Source: Rhynchopus sp. YZ270_cl-10 | Lineage: Eukaryota | Assembly: GCA_964035575.1 (NCBI GenBank) | Contig: OZ037839.1 | Location: 992,001-1,056,000, forward strand | Direction of reading: 5' to 3' | DNA: 64,000 nucleotides | Shown: positions 32,648 to 46,698 of the stretch, piece by piece | Position numbering within the stretch: position 1 is the stretch's first letter | How the letters are laid out: every line of letters starts with the position of its first letter | Notes under the pieces: generated by a model | Database searches by the model: none | Seen by the model: only the letters and a program-made list of their open reading frames with translations | Told to the model about the DNA's origin: nothing | Position numbers and translations under genes: made by a program

Positions 32648-33836
32648 TAGGTGGGGGCAAAACCTTCAGGACGGGTGAGGCATTTTGACTTTTTTGGACT
32701 TCCGCGCAAAGTACGTACAAACCACCCCTCATACCCACCCAGAAATGGGTCAGAAACACCCTGTGACCCGAAAATCCATGCTAAGGGCGACTCAGAATAT
32801 GAAAAAATGCAAAAAAATAGTGAAAAAGTGGCCTTTTGACGGTTTTGGCCATGTTGGGTAAAATGGCCATTTTTGGACAAAAAAATCAAAAAAACAGCAA
32901 AATTTCGACGTCATGACAGCTGCTTGGGCACAAACCTACCCCAGGGAGGTCCTGTGAGTCCATTCCGACCTGTTTTGGACACTTTAGGTACTTTTTTTGG
33001 CCGTTTTTTGGTGTTTTTAGGTCAAAAAATACCCTGGACTTTACCCTGGACGTCCCTGGGCCGCGACTTGCGCCCTGCTTTTGGACCCACTCTGGGCCAA
33101 AAAATGGGTGAAAACCCCCGAAAAAGCACTCCGGGAACCCAGATAGTTCCAAATATCCACCAGAAACCCACCCAAACACCTCAAAAACATGCCAGAAAAA
33201 TATTTTCAAAAACACACTTTTTTCAAAAAGTTCATCTGGGCAGGTTCCATAATGACTTATTTGAAAAAGTGTGTTTTTAAAAATATTTTTCTGGCATGTT
33301 TTTGAGGTGTTTGGGTGGGTTTCTGGTGGATATTTGGAACTATCTGGGTTCCCGGAGTGCTTTTTCGGGGGTTTTCACCCATTTTTTGGCCCAGAGTGGG
33401 TCCAAAAGCAGGGCGCAAGTCGCGGCCCAGGACGTCCAGGGTAAAGTCCAGGGTATTTTTTGACCTAAAAACACCAAAAAACGGCCAAAAAAAGTACCTA
33501 AAGTGTCCAAAACAGGTCGGAATGGACTCACAGGACCTCCCTGGGGTAGGTTTGTGCCCAAGCAGCTGTCATGACGTCGAAATTTTGCTGTTTTTTTGAT
33601 TTTTTTGTCCAAAAATGGCCATTTTACCCAACATGGCCAAAACCGTCAAAAGGCCACTTTTTCACTATTTTTTTGCATTTTTTCATATTCTGAGTCGCCC
33701 TTAGCATGGATTTTCGGGTCACAGGGTGTTTCTGACCCATTTCTGGGTGGGTATGAGGGGTGGTTTGTACGTACTTTGCGCGGAAGTCCAAAAAAGTCAA
33801 AATGCCTCAAAAAAATAGGGGTTTTGCCCCCACCTA
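32648..33836. mobile_element. 1.19-kb foldback TIR element
   Basis: Ends TAGGTGGGGGCAAAACC / GGTTTTGCCCCCACCTA inside a poly-C tract; ~550-bp near-perfect inverted arms (~32677-33228 vs ~33260-33808). Confidence 0.85.
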
Positions 33837-33979
33837 CCCCCCCCCCCCCCCCCCTCTGGCTCCTTCGACAATTTTCAGGGATATTGCTAACCATCGACCA
33901 TCGCCCCACTGAATTTGGGGTTCCCCCCCTTTCCATAAACCATCGCACCATCGCCCCACGGTAACTAGTGCACTAGTGC

Positions 33980-34152
33980 ACTATGGTACTATGGTACTAT
34001 GGTACTATGGTACTATGGTACTATGGTACTATGGTACTATGGTACTATGGTACTATGGTACTATGGTACTATGGTACTATGGTACTATGGTACTATGGTA
34101 CTATGGTACTATGGTACTATGGTACTATGGTACTATGGTACTATGGTACTAT
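33980..34152. repeat. (TACTATGG)n microsatellite
   Basis: About 21 perfect 8-mers. Confidence 0.98.
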
Positions 34153-36945
34153 GCAATTGGTCAAGCGCCGAAGGAAAAGGAAGCATGCAGCATGGCGAAA
34201 CAGAGACAAAAAGTAGCGTACCGTGCGCCTGCGGCTCAAGCTTGCAACCCACCCTTCCCATGACAGAGTTTGGCAGTAAAAATGTGCAATTTAAATCGCA
34301 AATTTTAGAAATGTTGCGTACCGTGGCTTCGCCAGGAACATTTGGGTACCACGACCACCGTTTCTTTTGTAAATGTACTGAGGTTACTGATAATTCGTGT
34401 GCCCCGTCTGCCTGGTGTAAATATCAGTGAAGTGCCGAACTCCGCAGTTGGACAACGACGGAATTCTTACATTCCGCCGGAGGCCCCCAACTTGAGCTAA
34501 GGTGGGGACCCGGGCGCGCGAAGCGCGCCCGGGACTGGAAAAAAAAAGTCAGCACTCCCCCCCCTTTTTTCGACCATCGCCCCACGAAATCCCAAAATCC
34601 CGAAAGTTAGCAATATCCCTGGACAATTTTATCAGAACTGGGAAAACAACAGAGGAAAATAAAAACTGGTATCTGAGTTTAAGCTAGTCTGATAAAGAAC
34701 GGAGCGAAATCAGAAAAAGAACTTTTCGTTGATCGCACCGGATTTTTGTGGAGTGGGACAAAATCAAAAACTTTTCTGTGGATAAGTTGTGTCGTGTTGA
34801 CATCGCTCACACCAAAAAATTCGGGCACAACTCAGATATGTTTTCATTTCCTCCCCTACAACCTTTGCAAGGCAGTTGTCTCAAAAAAAAATGCAAAAAA
34901 AGGGTGGATGGGGCAGAAATATAGGGGTGAGAGGCTAGATAGAAGGCGGGAAAACAACGTCTCCCTTTCTCCTCTCGCCTTGTATTGGGTGGAAACACGT
35001 CAGGAATAACACAAAAGTTGTATGTTTCCTTCCTTCAAAACTTCACACACAACGCTTTTGGTTTTTTTTTTTTTTTGGGAGACACACAAGGTGCCGAATT
35101 CTATGATGTGCACGGAACCACCCTGCGACTGTTTGTCATATTGCTTCCCGTGCAATACATGGGGAAACGTTTTCGCTGTCGAAACTAGGGCGAAAGTTGA
35201 CGTACAAAGCCCTCTCGTGACAGTGTGCCTACATGAACATTCAGGCCAACCCAAAAAAACCCCCCCTCGAACACGATATAGCCGCCCACTGATTAATGAG
35301 AATTTTGATGAAAATAACGCTAAAAAAAAAAAAAGGACAAATGTTGAGGGTGGCTGAAGGGGGGAGATTCGCTCTTCTTGCGTACTTTGTGCATCACCTC
35401 AAATCCCCCATGCGGTCACATAAATCAACCATGAAGTACTATTTTCGTTGAAACGCAACCCTTACACATTGACCTTTAAGCTCCGTGTGTGGCGCAAAGC
35501 GAGGAGTAAAACAAAGAAGAAGAAACCAAAATGTGTTACCAAATCGTTAGCTTTTCTTATCGGTTGAAAATCACACAGCGTAAATGCTCCTAAAAATGGG
35601 TTCTCTGCTGTGGAAGAGGGTTGTAAATGCTTTTTTGTTTTGAAAGTGCTTTGTGCTCTGTTTTAATTTTGCTTAGTGTTGTAGACTGTTTGCGGAAGAG
35701 GGGAGCGGTCCCACACTGCCGAATCCAATATTAAAACCGCCGTAATAACGAAGGCATGGCTGTGCCCTGAAAATTATATCTCAATGATAGTGTTAATAAA
35801 GCAGGATAACGTTCGTAAGATGGGCCGGTGCCTTATGAACCTCGTCACATAAAGGGGAGGGATTGTGAAAAGAAAAGTAGACTTGAAATACAAAGCCCTC
35901 TCATAAACAGCGTACCTTTGGTACAATGACCGTGCTGGACACCCCAACCATGCAGTCCTACAATCCATTTTTTTCGTGGTTTACATCTGCTATGTGCTAC
36001 TCCCGCTTCCACTCATCAGATGAACGGAGATCATTGCAAACACAAGGACATGGATCCTATATAATGTAGGGTCCGGTTGGGGTCCTCTGCCCGTTTCAAA
36101 AGGTTGACATTGCTACTCGTGGGTGGCAAATTGTTTTTAAGTAGGGCTTCGGGGAAACAGGGCTATCTTAGTCATCTTATTTTGAAAAGAAGTTGAAAGC
36201 GGAACGTTAAGGACGCCACCATGATCTTGAGAACACGACTAGGAAAGGGAAGAATTGTTTATTTTCGTTGAACGCAGCCAAAACAGTGAGAGATCTGAAT
36301 TGGCGCAATGTGATTTAACAGGAGGGAGAAGGGAGGGGGGTTATTTTATTTCTTTGATCAAATAGAAGTGAAATTCTATTATTTCAGGCACGATGCCACA
36401 CAAAAAAACGGGAGGAGGGGGGGGGTGGGAAGAGAAAATAGTCGGTATCAGGCGATCAAAACGTTGGCTATTATGGTATTCCGGTATTTAATACATTGCG
36501 TAAAGAAATATCAAAATGTATGATTGGATCTTTGTTTTTTTTGCTTTGGCGCTGTGTTTTGATCCATGCCTAAAGTGATGTGCAGCACATTATATAAAAA
36601 GGGATTGCGTTAATGGTTGAAAAGTAGTCACCAAAAGGGGGCGAATAAAGCTTGAAAGATAAATATGCTTCCCTGGGGTCTCATCTTTCAAAAGAGCCTT
36701 TTCGTGAGTAAACTTTTTTTTTTTGGAAAGTGGAAATTTGCACAAACTGTGGCAACACAAACCCGAGGCAACTACACTACTCCAACAATTTATCAAGGAA
36801 AATAAAAATATGTTGGTGTATGATGATGGCTGTTCGGGCATCTTTGAGAAAATATCTACTGGTAGAGGAGATACACAAGGGTACCAGGTGCACCTATGAA
36901 CACACAGTACGGAAAACATTGGTTGTGCACAAAATAACATAAAAT

Positions 36946-39220
36946 GAGGGAGTCAGTCATACCCTACCCTATTTTGAAATGGTCAGATATACCCGAAAAA
37001 ATAAGTTAGGAGGTACCCTAAATTGGTCAAAAATGGTAAAAATGGTAGGAATTTTGGGGGCTTTTTTCGGGGAAAAAAAGGGTGAGGGGAGTTGGGTCCA
37101 GTCATAGGGGGTATAGCATATTTTTTGGAAAATTCTTCAAAAAATCAAGGATTTTTGCTGGGCACAATGAAAATTTTCAGAAAAATCCCAATTTTCGGCC
37201 AAATTTGGAGCAAATTATGGCCCACCCACCCCGATTTTGGGTCAAAAACCGACTTCATTTTTGCACAGGAGTGCCTACGATTTCGTAAACCAGAGGTCCT
37301 CTGGATGCATGCATTGATAAACACAACACTGGAAATTGCAAGGAACGGGTCTGCATGTGCGTGTTCTCTAGCCACCACAGTCACAGGGTATGCACAAAAT
37401 GACCGAAGTGCAATGGCGATAATGGAAAGATAGATGCCGGCATTGGTGAATTGCTGGAGTTCTGCACAGGAAGTTAGCATGACGTAGAATCACTGTGTGA
37501 ACAAAATGACCGTATTTTGGTTGAAAATTTGACTTGAAAATTTTTTTCATAATTTGCCCAATCGAAGGTTTTCCTTGGATTTTTTGGGCCATTTTATGAC
37601 GTACCACGCCCGATTTTGGGCGAAAAAAAAATTTTTTTTTGGTCAAAAATCGCCTTGTATTACCACTGTATTGGTGTAGGCTTGTACACAGAAGTGTGTT
37701 TTGTGTAACCACAGATGGTCAAAACACCCGATTTTTGCATTTTTTTGCATTTTTTGGTGCCCAAAGACCCACCTCAGTGGTCGAAATTTTCCCGAAAAAA
37801 AAATTTTTTTTTTTGAGATTTTTCGATTTTTTGACAAGGCGCTGGCCCATACAAAGTGCACTGGTGGTGCAGAAAATGGCTGGGGAATAAACTCTAGATG
37901 CCACGTATGGCAAATGATAATTTATTATGAGATCTCATAATAAATTATGAGATCATTATGCGCTATTATGCGCGCTCATAATAATCGCATAATGCATAAT
38001 AGCGCATAATAGCGCATAATAGCGCATAATAGCACATAATAGCGCATAATGATTATGCGCTATTATGTGCTCATTATGTGCCCTACCCCAATGCCCCAAA
38101 CCAGAAAATACCACCCTCAGATGTCCAAAAATCCATCTGCGCCCGGTTTTGAGCAGTTTTGAGCCTCAAGAAGCCCCGTATCTGCTTTTTTCAAAAATGT
38201 ACATACAACTTGTACCTGCCCACCCCTCGTAGATAGAGCAACTCACACATTCATCACGCCTCAGTGTGAGCCAGGGGCCAGAAAAGCCCCCAAAGCCACA
38301 TATTTTCACCCCAGAACCTATCCCGAGGGGTACCCAGGCGGTTTCGGGGTGTTTAGAGGGACTTGGTGGAACTTAGAACCATGTTTCAAAAAGTGTCAAG
38401 CACCTGGTACCAAAGGTTTTCCCACCCAAGGTATCTTAAGCCGTCAAAAAACGTGAAGTAGGTAATAAATCAAAGAAACCCCCCTGAAGTCAATAAAAAC
38501 CACACCATAGGCCCATTTGTACCCCAAAATCGAATTCCGCCCGGTTTTGGGCACTTTTGACCACTTCTGAGCGACTTTTTTTGGGTGGGGGGGTGGGGGG
38601 TACGGCACATAATGAGCGCATAACGCCGCATAATTGGCGCATAATAGCGCATAATAGCACATAATAGCGCATAATAGCACATAATAGCGCATAATATCAC
38701 ATGTATTATGAGATCTCATAATAGCGCATAATATATTATCATTTGCCATACGTGAGATGCTCAAAACAGCCCAATTCTTGCTTTTTTGGACTTTTTGGTC
38801 CCAGAAGGGTACCCGGGGTGTAGTGAGCAGGCCTCAAAAGCACTTGTGAAAAAAAAAAAAATTTTTTTTTTTTTTGAGATTTTTGAAAAATCGGCCGATT
38901 TTGCGACCAATTTTGGCTGGGGAATTTCGGCACCACCAGGACCTACCTGGGGAAAAAAACGCGAATTGGCGCGAATTTCATACCCTAATCGTGTCGCGCC
39001 AATTCGCGCCAATTCGCGTTTTTTTTCGCGAAAAAACGGCTAAGTACAAAACGCGAATTGGCGCGAATTGGGGCAACCAGGGGCGAATATTAGGGTACCT
39101 CCTTAAGATATAGTCAGACCCCCCTAAAATTCCCCTAAAATCTGACTATATCTGAACTTATTTTTTCGGGTATATCTGACCATTTCAAAAATAGGGTAGG
39201 GTATAACTGACTATTCCTCA
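36946..39220. mobile_element. Non-autonomous TIR element with nested repeats
   Basis: ~60-bp TIR agtcagtcataccctaccctattttgaaatggtcagatatacccgaaaaaataagtt, inverted at 39155-39211; internal (GCGCATAATA)n blocks. Confidence 0.7.
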
Positions 39221-41234
39221 ATGAAATAAAAAACAAGACAAGACAAAATCACACTGTTTTATGGGAGATTCTCCCATAGTAACGAAGGACCTACCTGATG
39301 GAGCGGTCGAGATGATAACACGATACATACAGCATCCACACGACAATGTGTGCGAAAGCGTCAACGCATCAAACAACAAGAAAAAGGGGGAGGGTTCAGA
39401 ATAAGCAAAAGAAATACAGTTCTTTTGCATTTAAAAGGAGGTGTGAGGGAACGGCAAATGACGCGTTTCCTTCACAAAATGGTGGGGTGTAGAATAAGTA
39501 AAATAGGCTGATTGACGCCGGGCTTGGTCGGTGGTAATCCATGGTGATCCATGGTGGTCGGTGGTGGTCGGTGGTGATCGGTTTAAATCAGTGGTAAAAA
39601 GTAAAAAAATGGGGCATGCCAGGTCCACGTCAATCAGCCTATAAAATAACTACATTTATTTTCATTTAAAAGGAGGGAACGGGCAAATTACGCCTTTCCT
39701 TCACAAAATCAACGGATTTTTTTTTTTCATTTTGATTGATTTATTAGACCACTATACTAAAACGGGATAGTGGTCTCACTTTTTCACAGAATCCATAAAA
39801 AGAGAGCCAAAGGGAGCAAAATTCGCAGAGCACATAAGGAGATGGGGGAAAATGGAAAAAAAAAAAATCCCCTTTTTGGTCTTCTTACTTTTCTACAAAG
39901 AATCCTGAACCCGAATTGTTTTGTAAAGCCTCCGAGAGCCACATGGGGGCTTTTTATGACCACCTGTGGAAGTACAGACACCATCGCAGCCAGGACACGT
40001 TGGATGAAACAGGTCAACCGAGCGATAGCACACAGACTTGATCTGTGTGCAAGTCCGCAGGAGGATCTGCCCTATCAGCTTTTGACGGTAGTGTAGCCCT
40101 GAGGCTCTTTACAATGATGAGAATATTAACCAAAACTCCATGCTAAGTGTAACTCTCTCTCACTCACATCTCTGGTGGGGCGCACTTCGGCACGTGCCTG
40201 TAAGGGCTGCCCTGATTGATCTTTGTAAAAAAAAAAAAAAATAATAATAATAATAATTTCAACATCTGCATTGAACACATGGATAGCATTTAAAAGAAAA
40301 GTTGGCAAGGATGCAACGTGAACCTCCTACGCTTGTACCCAGTCAAAACGGGGAGGGGGTTAGTAATGTTTGTTGAAAAAGGTAGTTATTTTTGCATTGT
40401 TCTGCTTTGCGTCGTGCTCTTTGTGTTTAGACTCAAGAAGCAGACGGATTGTTTTGGTATTTGCTTTTAAGACATGTGTGTCAATCAAAAGGGGTATAAC
40501 GGGACACCCAACCAACCCAATGCACAGAACTGTAGTAACCACTGAAGGTGTATGAGTGTCTGTCGGTCGCTGTTTCCATGCTCCGAGCAACAAAAAACAA
40601 AAAAAAAAAAAAAAAAAAAAAAAGCGTAATATTTGCAAGGTAACCCCAAGGTTAACCTCTGAGCCACCTTCACCTTCTGCCCACAAATAATCGATAGTTG
40701 CTTCACTATCATCTGAAGAAGAAGAAAAAAAAAAGGGGGGTTTGTGATGTGGCTGAAGAGGGCTGATTCGCACTCCTTCCGCACTTTTTGCGCCGCCCCG
40801 TTCAGCCACACCAGTTTGGTGAAAGACAGTGCGATGACGTGAAAAGCACTCCCAAACATCTCAAAAATCGGAGAAGCATTTGCATCTACAATCGCCTACT
40901 CGGTAGGTTGCATCAATAATTAAAATAAGACACATGGTGATCCGGGAGGGGTCGATATTGACAGGTCGCTGACAGGTCGTTGGCAGATTTCCCACAGCAC
41001 CAATAAATGGTGTGGCACCGGTACAAATTCCCCGTGGTTCTCCCGTATGTCTCCCGTGGTTACACCAGGCTGGGGGGTACCCTGTTTTATTTTTTTTTTT
41101 CCGGGTTTGCGGGAATGTGAAGGAAAACGCTGGCATTTGCATTTCCGGAATCCGTCCGGCCAGTGGTGGGGTCAATTTGCCGAAATGGACAAGTTCTCGT
41201 TTTTGGTCAATTTCCGCAGTATACACAGTATACA

Positions 41235-42198
41235 CAGTACAGTACAGTACAGTACAGTACAGTACAGTACAGTACAGTACAGTACAGTACAGTACAGTAC
41301 AGTACAGTACAGTACAGTACAGTACAGTACAGTACAGTACAGTACAGTACAGTACAGTACAGTACAGTACAGTACAGTACAGTACAGTACAGTACAGTAC
41401 AGTACAGTACAGTACAGTACAGTACAGTACAGTACAGTACAGTACAGTACAGTACAGTACAGTACAGTACAGTACAGTACAGTACAGTACAGTACAGTAC
41501 AGTACAGTACAGTACAGTACAGTACAGTACAGTACAGTACAGTACAGTACAGTACAGTACAGTACAGTACAGTACAGTACAGTACAGTACAGTACAGTAC
41601 AGTACAGTACAGTACAGTACAGTACAGTACAGTACAGTACAGTACAGTACAGTACAGTACAGTACAGTACAGTACAGTACAGTACAGTACAGTACAGTAC
41701 AGTACAGTACAGTACAGTACAGTACAGTACAGTACAGTACAGTACAGTACAGTACAGTACAGTACAGTACAGTACAGTACAGTACAGTACAGTACAGTAC
41801 AGTACAGTACAGTACAGTACAGTACAGTACAGTACAGTACAGTACAGTACAGTACAGTACAGTACAGTACAGTACAGTACAGTACAGTACAGTACAGTAC
41901 AGTACAGTACAGTACAGTACAGTACAGTACAGTACAGTACAGTACAGTACAGTACAGTACAGTACAGTACAGTACAGTACAGTACAGTACAGTACAGTAC
42001 AGTACAGTACAGTACAGTACAGTACAGTACAGTACAGTACAGTACAGTACAGTACAGTACAGTACAGTACAGTACAGTACAGTACAGTACAGTACAGTAC
42101 AGTACAGTACAGTACAGTACAGTACAGTACAGTACAGTACAGTACAGTACAGTACAGTACAGTACAGTACAGTACAGTACAGTACAGTACAGTACAGT
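41235..42198. repeat. (CAGTA)n microsatellite, ~960 bp
   Basis: Perfect pentamer array. Confidence 0.99.
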
Positions 42199-42497
42199 CT
42201 GTAGGGGTTGAAAAAAATTTTCCCCGAGAAAACCACTTTTTTGGGATAATTCAGCGCATTAGAAAATTTTGCGACCCCGCTCGGTTAGAACCGTGACTCT
42301 GTGTGACCCTTACCACCGTGAGAGTAAACACCAAAAAACGGGAAAAATAAAAATAAAAAGGGGTACCCCCTCCAGATTCCCCGTGGTTCGCCCGTATGTC
42401 TCCCGCGGTTGTACCGCGTACAACGGTTCACACCAATAAAGGTAACAGTTTATAAGACGAATCTAAGCCTCTCGTGCTCAGTCAACTTCATAAATAG

Positions 42498-42700
42498 TAC
42501 CGACCCTCCCCTGTGAAATTGTCCCCCCCCAAAAAAAAAAACCGGTATTTTTCCGCCAGGGACAATTTCAAGGGAGTCGCGGGGACAACCTTTGCTCTCC
42601 CTTCTTCACATCAAAACGGCCACCCCCCTACAGTACGAGAAATTGTCCCCCCCCCCTCACCTTTTCCCCCAGGGGACAATTTCACGGGGGAGGGTCGGTA
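42498..42700. mobile_element. MITE with TA ends
   Basis: taccgaccctcccctgtgaaattgtcccc / ggggacaatttcacgggggagggtcggta. Confidence 0.75.
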
Positions 42701-43569
42701 AAGGTAATACTAAGGTTAGGTATGGTATGGGTGCAGCTCTTTTGAAAGAATTGACTGGGAATTCAAGAGGGGTGGAAAGTGAGAAGAGAGTGAGGACAAG
42801 CGCACAAAAAAAAATCAACACAAAATTGAAGGGTGAAAGTCAAATGTATACACATATACACAGGGGTTTTGTCAGATCTATGCACACAAAATAGTCAGAT
42901 CTATACACACAGTGTATAGAAATTGCACAGATTTGACCATTTGGTGTACAATCCAAACTTTTTTTTATACTCAGATCGATACAATTTTTGTTTAAGTTGT
43001 ACATTCATGAGGGAGGTTGCACACGCCGTACCCAGCGCACCTGGGTACCCAGGTACCCAGGTGGTCCATATATTTTACGGTTACGGTATGGAACAAGGTG
43101 AGAGGGGAGGAAAACAAAAAGCACGCCACACTGACAACAATTACAAAAGATTTTGTTTGCTCATAGACCACTGCTCTAAGATGGCAGCTACAAAAAGTTT
43201 TGTGATTTTCAAGAATGATTTTTAGACCACTATAGAACAGAGAGAGCAGCCAAACGGAAAAGGCGAGGAGAAAACCCCCCCTGAGCAACCGTGAATAATA
43301 CACATCTGTAAATAACACACATAAAGCCAGGGTATTAGGGTGGTTAAAAAACTGGTTTTGAAAACCAGTTTTTCCAAAAACTGGTTTTCATACAAGTAAA
43401 ACGGACGTCACGGAAATGAAAAAAAAATGCTCGACCCACTGCCGTCGTTGCCGTGAAAAATAAAAAAAAACGGCCGTGAAAAAAAAGCCCCTTTCTTATG
43501 TACAAAAATTTCACGGCCGTTAAAAAAAAACAACGGCCGTGAAATTTTTGTACAGGTCTTTGAAGGAAC

Positions 43570-44117
43570 ACACAGTACACAGTACACAGTACACAGTACA
43601 CAGTACACAGTACACAGTACACAGTACACAGTACACAGTACACAGTACACAGTACACAGTACACAGTACACAGTACACAGTACACAGTACACAGTACACA
43701 GTACACAGTACACAGTACACAGTACACAGTACACAGTACACAGTACACAGTACACAGTACACAGTACACAGTACACAGTACACAGTACACAGTACACAGT
43801 ACACAGTACACAGTACACAGTACACAGTACACAGTACACAGTACACAGTACACAGTACACAGTACACAGTACACAGTACACAGTACACAGTACACAGTAC
43901 ACAGTACACAGTACACAGTACACAGTACACAGTACACAGTACACAGTACACAGTACACAGTACACAGTACACAGTACACAGTACACAGTACACAGTACAC
44001 AGTACACAGTACACAGTACACAGTACACAGTACACAGTACACAGTACACAGTACACAGTACACAGTACACAGTACACAGTACACAGTACACAGTACACAG
44101 TACACAGTACACAGTAC
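43570..44117. repeat. (CACAGTA)n microsatellite = (TACTGTG)n tail of the adjacent LINE fragment
   Basis: About 78 perfect 7-mers abutting the 3' end of the minus-strand LINE relic. Confidence 0.97.
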
Positions 44118-45067
44118 CATCTGTAATCTTCTGGTTTCAACACTGCCTTCCAGTTCTGCATACTGAATTCGCAGCGTCCCAAGCGTCTCACAACCTCTTA
44201 TTACAAGGATGTGTGTGGACTCACTCAACCCCGTTCATCACTCTTGTGCCAAAGAAAACATCGGGCAAACAGTACAAGTTCACGGGAGCAAAAGGGTGGA
44301 CCCCTCCCTCTGCGCGTATCTCGCCAACGTAGCGAAGAAGATCCAGAGGTGTGCAAAACGTGATGCGGTCTATTTTCCGACAAAAAAGACGGAGGATAGT
44401 TGTTCAATGGTGTGCTGATTCTGTCGGAAGATTTTGCACTGGAAGCTGAAGAACACCGCAAATGGTTCAACACAGATGAGGTTCGTCTCACAGTATTGAT
44501 GTGTGCTCCACAACGGAAAGCCCATCAAATGTGAGAAGAGTACTTTGCTCAAGAACCGGTTGCAGTGCTGAAACACGAGAAATATGCTACTCTGAAGAAC
44601 CGGGAGCGCGTACAAGTGCTCAGAAATGCCACACGCTCCAACTACAATTAACAGTAGGGTGAAAACGTGGGCGGGCAGCGGGAGACCAGCGCAGTGAGGA
44701 GAGCCAGGAGCGCAGGGCACGCAGGTGATGGTTTGGATAAGTCCATTTCCTGTGGGAGTGGAATCCGGTCGAAGTCATAGTGGGGGCGGAACAAAGTTTG
44801 CAGCTGAGCTGTTCTCCAGGCGTGAGTGGCAGATTGTTGATACGGAGGCTGTTGTTCAGAGACAACCGGTGCAGACGCTGGAGGTAGCATCAATATTGTC
44901 CTTCAGGGCAGTAGGGATAACTCCACAGTTCGACACACAGTTAGGCCACGGCGACCTGTCAGCAGTTGTGACAGAGTGGAAACTAGGATCTGAGCGTATA
45001 GCATCGCAGGCAGGGCAGGACCACCATAAGTGCTCATTCGTGTCTTCAGCTTCCCGATCGCAGTGAG
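44118..45067 (-). pseudogene. Degenerate 5'-truncated LINE fragment related to ORF2 of the 20463 element
   Basis: HCDREAEDTNEHLWWSC...SPWPNCVSNCGVIP aligns to HCGTGVEDFEHMWEQC...ESWPKCLRLNAILP; KWTYPNHHLRALRSWLSSLRW aligns to AWPYKAEGYLALKEWLESLKW. Confidence 0.75.
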
Positions 45068-46666
45068 GCCGAATTTTTTTGCATTTTTTATGTTGCTTTT
45101 ACCCCCACAAGAATGACTTGGGAGGGATGGGAAAGGGGGTTGGCCCTGTCTATGAACGAAAAAGAAGAAACAAGCAAAAAGCGTGGAAATATTTCACGTC
45201 CGTGATCAATGCAAAATTTCACGGCCGTTAAATTTTTCAGATTTTCTTCACGGCCGTGACCTCCCCGACAAAAAAAATTTTTCCCCGTCGTGACGGCCGT
45301 TATACTTGTATGGGTTTCAGGGGTGGAGGTGCGTCTACTGACCCGGTTTCAAAACCGGGTCAAAAAAAAAAAAATGGGATTTTGGCGAAAAACCCGGTTT
45401 GGAAAAAAAAAAAAAAATGGGATTTGCCAATTTTGGGAGAAAATCGATTTTTTTTGGTACCTCGCACGAGCCTCTGAGAGTGACCAGAAATGGCCTCATG
45501 AACAAAGTGACCCCGTCACAGCCAGAACGCGACTCAATTAGTCAAACGCCGAAGCAAAAGGAAGCATACAGCATGGCGAAATAATAAAAGTAGCGTACCG
45601 TGCGCCTGCGGCGCAAGCTTACAACCCACCCCAAAATGTACAATTTAAGCGCAATTTTTTTGAAATGTTGCGTACCGTGGCTTCGCCAGGAACCTTTGGG
45701 GCATGACCGCCGAGAAATCCACTTTTGCCGAGTGCGCGAAGTTCGGTGTGCTGAACAAAGGGGGAACATGGACCCTACTCCCCTTCATCAAGGCACAAAC
45801 GCTGTTGCGCAAGTTCCCCGCCAAAGAAGTGTAACAACCAGGTCGCACGTGCCAGTGTCATTTCGCGCGCAGCGCGAAAAAAAATTTTTTGACCCCAAAA
45901 AGCTCAGACCGGGTCAAACCGGGTCTTTTTTGAAAATCCCAAATCTATCTCCATCTCTGATGGGTTTTCAAAAAAAAAAAAAAAACAGAGAAATCTGGAG
46001 GGGGAAAAAAAACCGGCACTTTTCACCAGGCATTTCTGTAAATGTCGTCCCCAGATTAGGGCGGACTCGATTTTTTTCCCTGCATTTTTTCCCCGTCTGG
46101 TAGAACCGTGGTTGAACCACGGGAGTGCCTTTGGGAAATGGCTGTTCCTTGATTTTTTTTTGCCTGCGGCGCCATTTTTCATTTTTTGCTCCGCAAAAAA
46201 GGGTTCGTTGAGTGGCTCTGTGGTGTAAAAAGCTACATTTTTACACCGTACCCTCAAAATTTTTCGCCTGCGGCGCCATTTTATATTATTTTTTTGCTCC
46301 GCAAAAAAAAATACCGTCCCTATGTTCCCAATGGTCAGCAGCGCCGAAAAATATTTTGAGCAAAAAACAAGCTGACCTCCCCAATCTTGAAATCTGGATT
46401 CCTGGATAAGACACTGACCCCGAAAAACCCGAAAAAGGTGACTGTGTCCGTCAACGGTGGAGGTTTTTCGCCGGAAAAACTAGTTTTCGCCACCCAGGAG
46501 AGAAAACCAGAAAAACCAGTTTTTTCCGGAATTTTGGATTTTCACCCTAATACCCTGCATAAAGCTGTTGCCATGGCTCTCGCCGGGGGGTGATCGGGTT
46601 TAAAATCACCCAAAAAAAAATTTTTCAAAAAAAAGAGGGGTGATCCGGGTTTCGGATCACCCCTCC

Positions 46667-46698
<32 letters not shown>

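Larger units (their letters stand above)
43328..46557. mobile_element. hAT-like TIR element containing nested insertions
   Basis: TIR CAGGGTATTAGGGTG / CACCCTAATACCCTG; 8-bp TSD CATAAAGC (43320-43327, 46558-46565); inner TIR pair 43391/45310. Confidence 0.8.

Noticed and set aside
41012..44228. Long ORFs of VQYST, LYCTV and VYCVLCT repeats
   Set aside because: Translations of stop-free microsatellites, not genes
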